Origin: an uncultured Desulfatitalea sp.
GTDB lineage: Bacteria > Desulfobacterota > Desulfobacteria > Desulfobacterales > Desulfosarcinaceae
Length of the DNA stretch: 64,000 bases
Reading direction: 5' to 3'
Assembly (NCBI GenBank): GCA_963668675.2
Contig: CAXXMB010000002.1
Coordinates: forward strand, 1,472,001-1,536,000
Position numbers and translations under genes: made by a program. The notes beneath the pieces are model-generated. The model was not told the DNA's origin. It saw only the letters and a list, made by a program, of their open reading frames with translations, and made no database searches. Numbering within the stretch: position 1 is the stretch's first letter; the number at the start of each line of letters is the position of its first letter. Positions 9,769-19,151 of the stretch are shown here, piece by piece.

Positions 9769-10872
9769 ATGGCTAATGCCCAACAAAAGAAGGCTCCAAA
9801 AAAGCAATCCAAAGGCAGCGCCGTAAAACCGGAGGTCCTGCCTCAAGGATCGAAACAGGTATCAGTTTTCACAATGGATGGAACGGCACACACTGAATTC
9901 AGTACCGTGCAAAACATTTATTATTCAAAGGAAATCATAGAGAAAACCACGAGCGAATTTAACATTGAAAAATTAAATGAAAAATTTTCCGAAGGTAAGG
10001 ATTCCTTCTTGGCTGAAGGAAAGCGCCAGATCAACGAATTGTGGCACGGCATAGAAGCTCTTACCGTTCATAACACCATGTTTGTGGTGCTATTTTTGTT
10101 ATCGATTGGAGAAATTCTAAATGAGGTGCGGGCAAAATTGACTCGTTCCGAATTTGTAGCGTGGCGCCGAAGTTTCTTTAGCCATAAACAGGAGCGATAT
10201 CTTCAACAGGCACAACAATTGGCCAAGATGGGTGATTTCGCCAAAAAATATGCGAGCATGGGGAAGAAACGGCTACTCATTTTGGATAAGCTCAGAAAAG
10301 ATGAAAACAAAGAATCTTTTGAAGAATTATTTGAAGATCATCCAATACCCGAGGAGGTGGAAGAGAGCTTTCTCGCAAAAGAACAGATCCAAGAAAATCC
10401 ATTTCCTGATTCTACTGAGGATTTCGAAGGAGAACTGTTAAAGGAGCATGTTGATGCGAAAATTACCTTAGAACGGCTGAAGAAAGCAGGGATAGATTTT
10501 GCCTCTTTTGATCAAGCCTATTTAATCGCAGCGTATAATAGGAATCCCATCCCTGTTAAAAATGCGGTAAAAGTAGCGACTTGGGTCAATGCAAAAGGAT
10601 CTGAGGAGAACAAGAAAAAATGGTTTGATATCTTAGTCCTTAATAAAATGATGTTTCCCGAACATCAATCTCGCGAAAGATCGATCCGGGAAAGCTTAAA
10701 CTCTATTCTGGCAGAATTCGTGGATTGTTGTAAAAAAAGCGATTTTACGGATCAAGAATGGATTGCACTTCAAAAGCCTCTTCTGGATAAGGATATTATT
10801 CTCCAATCGATGGAATATATCAGGAAGGTTGGCGATTTACTTGGCATAAAAGAAGAAACAGTATCCAAATAA
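9769..10872 (+). CDS. Hypothetical protein with a DUF3102-like segment
   Basis: IGEILNEVRAKLTRSEFVAW...ERYLQQAQQLA resembles DUF3102; ATG at 9769 follows GAGGG. Confidence 0.55.
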   Translation: MANAQQKKAPKKQSKGSAVKPEVLPQGSKQVSVFTMDGTAHTEFSTVQNIYYSKEIIEKTTSEFNIEKLNEKFSEGKDSFLAEGKRQINELWHGIEALTVHNTMFVVLFLLSIGEILNEVRAKLTRSEFVAWRRSFFSHKQERYLQQAQQLAKMGDFAKKYASMGKKRLLILDKLRKDENKESFEELFEDHPIPEEVEESFLAKEQIQENPFPDSTEDFEGELLKEHVDAKITLERLKKAGIDFASFDQAYLIAAYNRNPIPVKNAVKVATWVNAKGSEENKKKWFDILVLNKMMFPEHQSRERSIRESLNSILAEFVDCCKKSDFTDQEWIALQKPLLDKDIILQSMEYIRKVGDLLGIKEETVSK

Positions 10873-10899
10873 AATTTCCCGATCAAGGAATAATGTCAC

Positions 10900-11748
10900 A
10901 TGAAAGTATTTGCAGCCGTGGGCGAAGCAGAATCAGTCAGGGTGTTTTATGAAAAGACCAATATCAAACTTAATTATCTGATTTCGTATTTTTATTTGGA
11001 AGGACAGGCCTATAGATTGACCGACCAATATAGGCATATGATCAACGATCTGTACCTTGATTCGGGTGCGTTCTCTGTCGCCGGTGGACGATCAAAAATT
11101 ACTATCACCGAGTATACCAAGTATTTGACCCTTTATGGAGACCGTTTCGACGAATATTTCAATTTGGACGATCGCTTTGATGATCCCGAACACAATTTAG
11201 ACAATCAAATGTATCTGGAAGAAAATTTATCGGAAGGGGCCAAACATCCAATTCCTGTTGTGCATGACATCGAAGACCCGTTCGCCGAGTTTCAAACCTA
11301 CGCTAATTTTGGACATGAATATATTGCCATCGGTTCTACAATCAACATCCCGGATGACACAATGAAAAAAATTAAGGAAAAATTTCCAGATGTTAAAATT
11401 CATCTGTTTGGAAAGACCTCGTTTAAACAGCTTTCAACAGGATATTACTATTCTGCCGATTCTACTACATGGGCAGATGCGGCTGGATATGGTGATATCT
11501 TGTATTGGGATCCAGATGAAAATGAATCCCATAAAATCTACATGGGAGCAACCAACAGAAAAGACACAGAATCAGACCACTACAAGCGATTTGATAAAAA
11601 GGATAAACTTGAAGCCTTTTTAAGGGATACATTTGGTTTTGAATACAATGATCTTTTGATAAGAAGCGGCGCAAGCAACAGGAGAATCGTAAATTTGTAT
11701 TATTATAAGCAGGTTGAGGACTATCTGACAAGCATTGAACCGTCCTGA
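10900..11748 (+). CDS. TGT-fold (DpdA-like) guanine transglycosylase
   Basis: LDSGAFS, NLDD, IPVVH, YIAIGS, KIHLFG and SADSTTW motifs in TGT order; short, with no CxCxxC Zn site. Confidence 0.75.
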   Translation: MKVFAAVGEAESVRVFYEKTNIKLNYLISYFYLEGQAYRLTDQYRHMINDLYLDSGAFSVAGGRSKITITEYTKYLTLYGDRFDEYFNLDDRFDDPEHNLDNQMYLEENLSEGAKHPIPVVHDIEDPFAEFQTYANFGHEYIAIGSTINIPDDTMKKIKEKFPDVKIHLFGKTSFKQLSTGYYYSADSTTWADAAGYGDILYWDPDENESHKIYMGATNRKDTESDHYKRFDKKDKLEAFLRDTFGFEYNDLLIRSGASNRRIVNLYYYKQVEDYLTSIEPS

Positions 11749-11981
11749 CAAAACGAACCGGGTTCGTTTTCCGTGCTAATTGCATAGCGATTTTAACGTT
11801 AAATTATCTTCATAAACGATATCCTTGAAGGTATATCTTCCCCTTCACGCAGATTCAAATTCCGCTCTATTTTACTATCCAGTTTGCAACTGAATACTTC
11901 GCATCTCCTTCACAGTAACAAATACCAAAATGAAGCGATTCATCAATGCTTCAAATTCACTTTAATAAGGAGAATTGAACT

Positions 11982-12797
11982 ATGGGTATTCAAGAAACAA
12001 AACAGACAAAAAAGGCATCAGTAGGGCACGGAACGCAGGAATGGGCGGTCAAGAACGTCAACTGCTGCACCGGCTGTTCTCACGATTGCCGCTACTGCTA
12101 TGCAAAGGCCATGGCGGTCAGATTTAAACAGGTGACGCCAGGTCAGTGGCCATTAGAACGGCTGAGGCAAAAAGATGTCGATAAAATTTATAAAAAATTT
12201 GATGGACAGGTCATGTTCCCATCGTCCCACGATATCACGCCCGGCAATGTCAATGGCTGTTTGACAGCTTTGAGATGCTTAATCGTCGTCGGTAACAGGA
12301 TGTTGATAGTCAGCAAACCACAATTGGATTGCATCAAACGGTTATGCAAAATGTTCAGGCCATACAGACGTAGAATTTTGTTACGATTTTCCATTGGTGC
12401 GTGTGACGACCGGATTCTTTCGTATTGGGAACCTAATGCACCCTGCTATGCTGAAAGAAAGCAATGTTTGATGCACGCCTGTCAAAAAGGATTCCAAACA
12501 TCGGTAAGCGTAGAACCAATGCTGGATTCTGCCAATATAGACACGCTTATAAGCGATTTGTCTCCCTATGTGACCCATTCGATATGGATCGGTACGATGA
12601 ACCACCTGGGGCGTTTAGAGAAGCATGCAGATGCTAATTTGAAAAGGGCAGTTGAACAGATTCGCCGGGGACAGAGCGATTCGATCATCAAGTCTATATA
12701 CGATCGTCACAAGGGTAATCCGTTGATCCGATGGAAGAAGGAAATTAAAAAGATCGTCGGTATTCCCATTCCGAAGAAAAACGGGCTGGATATTTAA
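11982..12797 (+). CDS. Radical SAM protein (DUF5131 / SplB-like group)
   Basis: NCCTGCSHDCRYCYA CxxxCxxC motif; SVEPML and IWIG motifs. Confidence 0.8.
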   Translation: MGIQETKQTKKASVGHGTQEWAVKNVNCCTGCSHDCRYCYAKAMAVRFKQVTPGQWPLERLRQKDVDKIYKKFDGQVMFPSSHDITPGNVNGCLTALRCLIVVGNRMLIVSKPQLDCIKRLCKMFRPYRRRILLRFSIGACDDRILSYWEPNAPCYAERKQCLMHACQKGFQTSVSVEPMLDSANIDTLISDLSPYVTHSIWIGTMNHLGRLEKHADANLKRAVEQIRRGQSDSIIKSIYDRHKGNPLIRWKKEIKKIVGIPIPKKNGLDI

Positions 12798-12872
12798 TAG
12801 GGCGGCCGATATCTAAAAAATGGGGCAACCTGGAAAGCATTAGAATCGGGCCTTAATCTTTCTCCACAAATT

Positions 12873-12918
12873 AAAGGGCGGTTTCTGCATCATGCAGGAG
12901 CTGCCCTTTCTTATTTTT
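12873..12918 (+). terminator. Probable intrinsic terminator
   Basis: AAAGGGCGGTTTCTGCAT / ATGCAGGAGCTGCCCTTT hairpin followed by a T-rich tract. Confidence 0.6.
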
Positions 12919-13029
12919 ATACTACAGCTTCAGTTGCGATCTCAAACTAAACGGTCTGATTTTACAGAACAAAACGATACAAATGCAATCATCATTGCAT
13001 GATAAATCATTTCAAAAGGAGGAAACATT

Positions 13030-13197
13030 ATGAGAACGAGTCAATTTTCAAAATCATTAAGCGTGGCGCTGCCGCAGGAGCACTTCGATCTGATTAAACG
13101 GATCACCGACGAAGAACAGATCAGCATGGCTGAATGGGTCAGGAGAGCTGTATCAGCGGCGCTGAACAATATTAAACAAGAGGAGGATACAATGTAA
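13030..13197 (+). CDS. Small ribbon-helix-helix (CopG-like) protein, 55 aa
   Basis: Manual ORF MRTSQFSKSLSVALPQEHFDLIKRITDEEQISMAEWVRRAV..., RBS AAGGAGG, TAATG overlap with the primase gene. Confidence 0.7.
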   Translation: MRTSQFSKSLSVALPQEHFDLIKRITDEEQISMAEWVRRAVSAALNNIKQEEDTM

Positions 13198-15512
13198 TGA
13201 ATCTACAGAACATGATTAAAGACAAACAGCAGTACCCTAAAAGAGCAACACATTTTTTCAGCATTCTATTTGCTGAGGCATTGCGGAACGGTTATGGCGA
13301 GATTGAAATCAGAGGGTTTAAAAATGGCCCTCGATTTCAATCCTACCACAATAATCTCTCTGCGGCAGTTATAGCAGCGTATGAAGCGTGTCAACAGGGG
13401 TATGATGTCTATGCTGGCGTCAATCCCCGCATTGGCCAAGCAGGTAGCAAAAACAATGTTCAATATCTGGTATCGTTTCATGCTGAAATCGACTACGGAA
13501 TAGATGGCCATAAAAAGAAACCAGAATACGAAACCAAAAAAGATGCACTGGCAGCTATCAAGGCTTTTGAAATCCCTCCGACCATCGTAATCCACAGCGG
13601 CGGTGGATTTCATTGCTATTGGGTATTGGAAACTCCGGTGAATGTCTCAGAAATAGGTCTAAACAACCTTGAAAACGTCAACAAAGCGATTTTAAAGAAA
13701 ATACATGCTGATGGTGGGACACACAATATCAACCGTATACTGCGCGTTCCTGGGACATTCAATTTCAAGATCCCTGGCAATCCGCGACCGGTTGAAATCG
13801 TCATGGATTTGGGACCGACCTATGATCTGAAAACGTTCGAACCATTTATGGATTTTGAGCCAGAGCCCAATGTGAAACATACATCCATTCCGAATAATCC
13901 AGTAAGCGAATCTTCAGATTGGGATCAGAACATATCCTCGCTACCGGTATCTGACAAAATCAAAAACTTAATACTGCATGGTAACGATGGATCATACGCG
14001 TCTCGGAGTGAGGCAGATCAGGCGGTCATCACAGCATTGGTGAACAAGGGACTGAATGAAAGGCAAATCGTAACAATTTTCCAGAATTATCCTATCGGGG
14101 AAAAGTATCGCGAACACTCCTCACCTGAGGCCTATATGAAAGGCAACATCGAGAAAGCTGAGGAGTTTTCTCATTTAACAGACGATGAGCGACAGGATCC
14201 CTTATTCATATCGAGCGTCATCCATAAAAGCGACAATGGCAAGTATACCCTGAAAATCGTTCAGTTCCAGGAATACATGTACGAAAAATATAAGATCAAA
14301 TTCCTGGAAAAAGAGCGGGCGTTCTTCATGTACAATGGCCAATGCTACGAACAGTGCAGCGACGATCGATTGAATAATGTCTGCCAAACCGACTTGGGAA
14401 AGCACCGTGAGTTATTTACCCCGGCATCGAAAGCCAACTTTATCCATTATGCCATCGGAAACGATTTGATCGATGTCGAAACGGCGTTTGAAGACCAGGT
14501 CAGGTATTTAACCCTGCAGAACGGCTTGTATGATCTGTCCCAATATGAACTCGTTTCACATGATCCGGAAATATTCACGACCAACCTGTTGCCGTACGAT
14601 TTCGATCCCGATGCGAAATGTCCCCGTTGGCTGCAGTATCTGAATGAAGTGTTCATGTCAGATATGGCAACCATCATGTTCGTACAGGAAGCGGTCGGGT
14701 ATGCATTTCATAAGGCGATTCCCAAGGCGGTAATATTCTTTTTGATTGGTGACGGTGGAAATGGAAAATCCGTATTCATTGACGTGATCAGCAGTCTGTG
14801 TGGCAAAGAAAACGTCTGCAATATCAGTCTAAGTCGGCTGAACGATGAAAAATATCTGCCAGAGCTGTTCGGCAAGATGATCAACGTATCGGGTGAAACG
14901 CCAAATGCCAGGAGTTTTAATACGGATTTAATAAAGGCAGTGACCAGCGGCGATTGGGTAACCGGACGTGAAGTGTACAAGAAACCGTCGAAGTTTAAAC
15001 CCTATGCCAAGCACTATCTGGGAATGAACACGTTGCCGGAGATCGAAGATAATACGCATGGTATGTGGAGAAGGATTCATGTGATCGAGTTCCCCAGGAA
15101 ATTCACTGAAACGGAGATGGATGTGGAACTGACCGGAAAGCTGCTGAATGAGCTCTCAGGAATATTCAATTGGGCATTGGAAGGATATCGACGGTTGAGG
15201 GATCAGGGCTTTATATTCAGTGAAAGTCCCTCGATGCGTAAATCGAAAACTTTATACAAACAGAAAAACAGCAGCGCCTATGACTTTGTCGAATCCAGCA
15301 TGGATTTGCTTTTTCTTGATGATGACTCTGCACCATTTAAGGACGTATACGAAATCTACAAGGGATTTTGCCTGACCGAAGGTATTAAAAGAGCGGTATC
15401 GAAAATGAATTTCCGAAAGGCACTTGAAGGTGAAGGGTTTAGGATAAAGAACTCGAGCAGACACTCCAATCAACTGAGGGTATTTTCTTTAGACGCGGAA
15501 GATGTGAATTAA
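13197..15512 (+). CDS. Primase-helicase: RepB-type primase plus D5_N/SF3 (P4-type) helicase
   Basis: IHSGGGFHCYW and RILRVPGT primase motifs; FLIGDGGNGKS Walker A; WRRIHVIEF. Confidence 0.9.
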   Translation: MNLQNMIKDKQQYPKRATHFFSILFAEALRNGYGEIEIRGFKNGPRFQSYHNNLSAAVIAAYEACQQGYDVYAGVNPRIGQAGSKNNVQYLVSFHAEIDYGIDGHKKKPEYETKKDALAAIKAFEIPPTIVIHSGGGFHCYWVLETPVNVSEIGLNNLENVNKAILKKIHADGGTHNINRILRVPGTFNFKIPGNPRPVEIVMDLGPTYDLKTFEPFMDFEPEPNVKHTSIPNNPVSESSDWDQNISSLPVSDKIKNLILHGNDGSYASRSEADQAVITALVNKGLNERQIVTIFQNYPIGEKYREHSSPEAYMKGNIEKAEEFSHLTDDERQDPLFISSVIHKSDNGKYTLKIVQFQEYMYEKYKIKFLEKERAFFMYNGQCYEQCSDDRLNNVCQTDLGKHRELFTPASKANFIHYAIGNDLIDVETAFEDQVRYLTLQNGLYDLSQYELVSHDPEIFTTNLLPYDFDPDAKCPRWLQYLNEVFMSDMATIMFVQEAVGYAFHKAIPKAVIFFLIGDGGNGKSVFIDVISSLCGKENVCNISLSRLNDEKYLPELFGKMINVSGETPNARSFNTDLIKAVTSGDWVTGREVYKKPSKFKPYAKHYLGMNTLPEIEDNTHGMWRRIHVIEFPRKFTETEMDVELTGKLLNELSGIFNWALEGYRRLRDQGFIFSESPSMRKSKTLYKQKNSSAYDFVESSMDLLFLDDDSAPFKDVYEIYKGFCLTEGIKRAVSKMNFRKALEGEGFRIKNSSRHSNQLRVFSLDAEDVN

Positions 15513-15522
15513 CAGATGTAAG

Positions 15523-15571
15523 CGAGGGATTGTCCTGGGGAATCCGCTAAGGATGATCCCTCGTATTTTTT
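15523..15571 (+). terminator. Probable intrinsic terminator after the primase gene
   Basis: CGAGGGATTGTCCT...AGGATGATCCCTCG followed by TATTTTTT. Confidence 0.6.
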
Positions 15572-15586
15572 GGGGATAATAAGAAA

Positions 15587-16050
15587 GAAAATTGAAAAAG
15601 CGTTGCTTTTCCCACAGCGGCTGCTGCTTAAATACTAATTCTCCCGGGAATTCAGATTAAAGAAATTAAAACGTATTAAGACGCTTTTAATCTATAATTT
15701 TGTTTGATTACAACATCTTACATTGAAAATTAAAAAATTAACGTAATTTATATCCCAAATACTTAGAAGTATAGAAATAACAAAATAATAGTAAAAAGCA
15801 TATATAGAGTATAAAGGTTCAGATCTTCGTTAATCTTTTAATTTTTCGGATATTGCCTTGTAAATATTGCAAATATTAGATTAAAGCGATTATTAAGCAG
15901 CTTTCACTATTTTTAATCTTACCCAGTCGGCATCTTCGATATTCGAGCGGCTATTCATAGGTCACATATCTATTTCTTCTTAAATGTCATCCCAAGATTA
16001 AAGTTTATAGCGCGCAGCGACTTTGGGAAAAGCAGGCCTTTTCCATTTTC
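15587..16050. other. Putative replication origin: AT-rich region with nested inverted repeats
   Basis: Outer arms 15587-15617 / 16021-16050; inner arms 15725-15743 / 15828-15847; A-rich centre. Confidence 0.6.
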
Positions 16051-16181
16051 TATTGTTTCATGTCATCGTCATTTTTTATCTTCGGTCTATTCTCCGAAGT
16101 TTCCAACTGGCGCTGATGTCTTAGAAGAAGAGTAACAAAACATAAATTCGATACAAATCCAATTCAAAGGAGGAAGTAAAC

Positions 16182-16352
16182 ATGAGAAAGAAAATCTACA
16201 CACGCAATGTCGGAGTGATGCTATCGGAAGAGAAATTTCAGCGACTGGTCGACATCACCGACGATCTCGAGGTCACAGTTTCGGCATACATTCGGGACTT
16301 GGTCGAGCGGGAGTTAAAAGAGAGTAGAAAGGAGAAGGAAGATGAGCGATAA
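16182..16352 (+). CDS. Small ribbon-helix-helix protein, 56 aa, paralogue of 13030..13197
   Basis: Manual ORF MRKKIYTRNVGVMLSEEKFQRLVDITDDLEVTVSAYIRDLV..., RBS AAGGAGG, overlaps the next gene. Confidence 0.7.
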   Translation: MRKKIYTRNVGVMLSEEKFQRLVDITDDLEVTVSAYIRDLVERELKESRKEKEDER

Positions 16353-18132
16353 CCAACAACCTGAAGCGTCCGCACTGGATATGCTGATCGATCAATTGCC
16401 AGAGCAGTTCCCCGCAGCAGTCAAGGTGATCAAATACGATATCGCACCGCATCTGGTCGATTGCGATCCCGGCGTCAAGGACCACTACATCAAGATCATC
16501 AAGAAACGAACAAACGCGGCATCGATCAAGTCGGTGTCTATGCTAATCGATGAGGCCATTAAAGAGATCGACTCCCAGGCAACTGCCAATGATAGCTGTG
16601 CAGAGATCAATGTGACCGTCGATCCGGAGATTGTCGAAGCAGCAGAACGAATCGCTTATGATCCTCAGCTATTCAGGAAAAAGATCGATATCATTAATCA
16701 GTTAGGCGTTATCAACGAACGCAGAAACATCGGTCTGTATCAATTGGTCATGGACAGCCGCCTGTTGCCGATGGGAAGCGCCGGATCCGATGCCCTGGCC
16801 ATGAAAAATTCAGGTCATTATGGTGCCGGCAAATCCTATCCGCTGTTCACATGTCTGAAGCTGTACTCTCAAAGCGCCTACTATCTGATCTCAAGCGGCA
16901 GCGAAAAAAGCCTGTATTCGATTCAGAACGGATTGAAGCACAAGGCCCTGATACTGGCAGAGGCACTGGCATTGGAATCCAGTGGTCGCAAAGATAATGA
17001 ACTGGCCTATGCGATTCGTACACTGATTTCGGAAGGCCAAATCAAATATCAAACCACGGGATACAAGGACAAGAAACCGGTAACGATTGTTAAAAGGATT
17101 GCCGGTCCCACATCGCTGGTGACGACGACCATCAAGGGAAAACTTGAAGATCAACTCGATGACCGCATGATTTCAGTGCATCCAAACACATCCGTGGCAC
17201 AGACGAAGGACATCATCGAACGAACGGCACAGGTGGCAACAGGAAACGATATGCTGGCAGATGAGAAGGAGTTAAGGGCCTATCAGCACTATCATGACAG
17301 TTTGATTTCAGCAGAGGTAGTGATTCCGTTTGCTTCGGATATCGCGTCATTTGTCAGTCGAAATGGATCCTTGCCTATATCGGCACGACGGTCGTTTAAG
17401 CGGGTTTTGTCAGCGATCAAGACCATGACATTGCTTTATCAAAAACAACGCCAAAAAGACGAGCAGGGACGGTTTATTGCCGACTATATTGATTATGCCG
17501 TGGTGTATCAATTGCTGAAAGAATCCTTTGAGGAAAGTCTCGGTCACAATAAACGATACACGGATGAGAGAGTTAGAAGGATTGAGATTGAAGGTGTCAT
17601 GACTCCCAAGGCATTGTCGGAACGATTTGGCGTATCGAACGCGGCGATATCCCAATGGTCGTCAAAGCTGGTTGAACAAGGGGTATTGAGCTGGTGTGAG
17701 GGTAATGGTGCCGAGTTTATTGATGAGCAGGCCCTGGAAAAAGCGAAACGGTCAGGCAAGGCATATTTGTGTGTGGCTGGATCGAAAAGCTTGCCGACGC
17801 CGTTTCAGCTATCCGGTGATGCGCGTTGGGATCGGGGTGGTGAGCTCTATACCGCATACGATCTGCAGTTGGATGCCGGCAACGATGATGAAGGTCGAGC
17901 CAAGGCGATGGTTGAAAAGGAATCTGTGGAGACAGTCGAACAATATGGAGACACTGATTCCTGGGACAAGAAGAGGGCGCCTGTTAAGGTGTTAAGCGTA
18001 AAATCGCACGACGACGTTTTAAAAATGGTCGAAAACCAACGAAAAACCGGTTCGAATAGCAGCGAAGCAATCGATTTGAGCAGTGAATTTGACAGAATCC
18101 TATCGTTGGATCGAGTCGAAATATCTAATTAA
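16342..18132 (+). CDS. P-loop ATPase (MCM/AAA+-like putative helicase) with C-terminal wHTH
   Basis: GHYGAGKS Walker A; LVTTT...EDQLDDR sensor/arginine-finger-like; TPKALSERFGVSNAAISQW HTH. Confidence 0.6.
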   Translation: MSDNQQPEASALDMLIDQLPEQFPAAVKVIKYDIAPHLVDCDPGVKDHYIKIIKKRTNAASIKSVSMLIDEAIKEIDSQATANDSCAEINVTVDPEIVEAAERIAYDPQLFRKKIDIINQLGVINERRNIGLYQLVMDSRLLPMGSAGSDALAMKNSGHYGAGKSYPLFTCLKLYSQSAYYLISSGSEKSLYSIQNGLKHKALILAEALALESSGRKDNELAYAIRTLISEGQIKYQTTGYKDKKPVTIVKRIAGPTSLVTTTIKGKLEDQLDDRMISVHPNTSVAQTKDIIERTAQVATGNDMLADEKELRAYQHYHDSLISAEVVIPFASDIASFVSRNGSLPISARRSFKRVLSAIKTMTLLYQKQRQKDEQGRFIADYIDYAVVYQLLKESFEESLGHNKRYTDERVRRIEIEGVMTPKALSERFGVSNAAISQWSSKLVEQGVLSWCEGNGAEFIDEQALEKAKRSGKAYLCVAGSKSLPTPFQLSGDARWDRGGELYTAYDLQLDAGNDDEGRAKAMVEKESVETVEQYGDTDSWDKKRAPVKVLSVKSHDDVLKMVENQRKTGSNSSEAIDLSSEFDRILSLDRVEISN

Positions 18133-18181
18133 ATTCAATAAGAAAGGCATGTCTGATTTATTGCCTTTCGGGGAGGATATC

Positions 18182-18367
18182 ATGGGAATGAAGTATTGTC
18201 CAAAGTGCAAGGAGGTTGCCGTAACCAAGGCACTTCCGAATTACACGCAAGTAGAAATCAAGGGCGTTCTTGGTAAGAGACGAAAGATCGTTCATCTGGA
18301 AGAGGACGGCGGCTGTGGTCACAGCTGGTATACGGTCGAGTTGATGCAGGATGCCCTTGAGGAATGA
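18182..18367 (+). CDS. Small Zn-ribbon protein (Ogr/Delta- or NrdR-N-like)
   Basis: YCPKC...KRRK...H...GCGHSWYTVE; RBS GGAGG. Confidence 0.55.
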   Translation: MGMKYCPKCKEVAVTKALPNYTQVEIKGVLGKRRKIVHLEEDGGCGHSWYTVELMQDALEE

Positions 18368-18583
18368 TGGGGTATTTGAAAATGGGATAGGGTCACTGGT
18401 CGATCTTTGTGGTTGGTCGGCCGGTGATCTCAAAAAAGCGCTCGTATATCCAAAAAACAACCCCGTTTGGATCCGGTATCTGCGGTTTAGGGGCGCGCAA
18501 CTGATAGATCTGGATTTTCGCTCTGAAAACGAAAAGCGATTCTACTCAGCGTCGCCAAATTTTCAATAGGGAGGACCTACTAT

Positions 18584-18913
18584 ATGAGAAACGCATTCAC
18601 ATTACCAAGCAAAACATACATCGAGCTTGACCAGCCAGAAATATACAAGCGATTCATGCAGGGGTATTTCCAGCTGCTCCGGGAAAATCTCCAACGATAT
18701 AAGGTGATGAACAAAAATGGCGAACTAAAGGAGATCCGCTATACATGCGGTCAGGAACATACTTCTCGAAACCCGAACTGGAGGCCATTTCAGTATCTGG
18801 AACAATACTGTCGTAAGTGGGGATACGACGACATGGAAGCGCAGGATGTTATCGAGGAGAGGATTGGTAGGCGGTTGACCTGTGAGTGCGAGTTATTGGG
18901 GGGATGTTCATGA
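18584..18913 (+). CDS. Hypothetical protein
   Basis: 109-aa ORF with GGGAGG RBS; ends in CECELL. Confidence 0.6.
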   Translation: MRNAFTLPSKTYIELDQPEIYKRFMQGYFQLLRENLQRYKVMNKNGELKEIRYTCGQEHTSRNPNWRPFQYLEQYCRKWGYDDMEAQDVIEERIGRRLTCECELLGGCS

Positions 18914-19151
18914 TCTGTGCCCCTCTTTTACCGATAGATCTGGATGAAACATAATAAATACATTGACTTATGTGATGTTCATGATTTAACATTTTTTGAT
19001 TGATATGCATCACATGAAACACCGATGAAAATGTGTTAATGAATAAAAACAGAAACTAAATCATATATACAACATATGAGCTCCCCTTATGAACTATCAG
19101 CGGCAATAATGATATGGTCCAATATTAACTATATAAACAGGCAATCAAAAC

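Noticed and set aside
10900..11748. Housekeeping tRNA-guanine transglycosylase (tgt)
   Set aside because: Too short, lacks the N-terminal TPxFMP region and CxCxxC Zn site, and lies in AT-rich island DNA
18351..18569. 72-aa ORF between the Zn finger and the 109-aa gene
   Set aside because: No clear RBS or motif; cannot be supported as a gene from sequence alone
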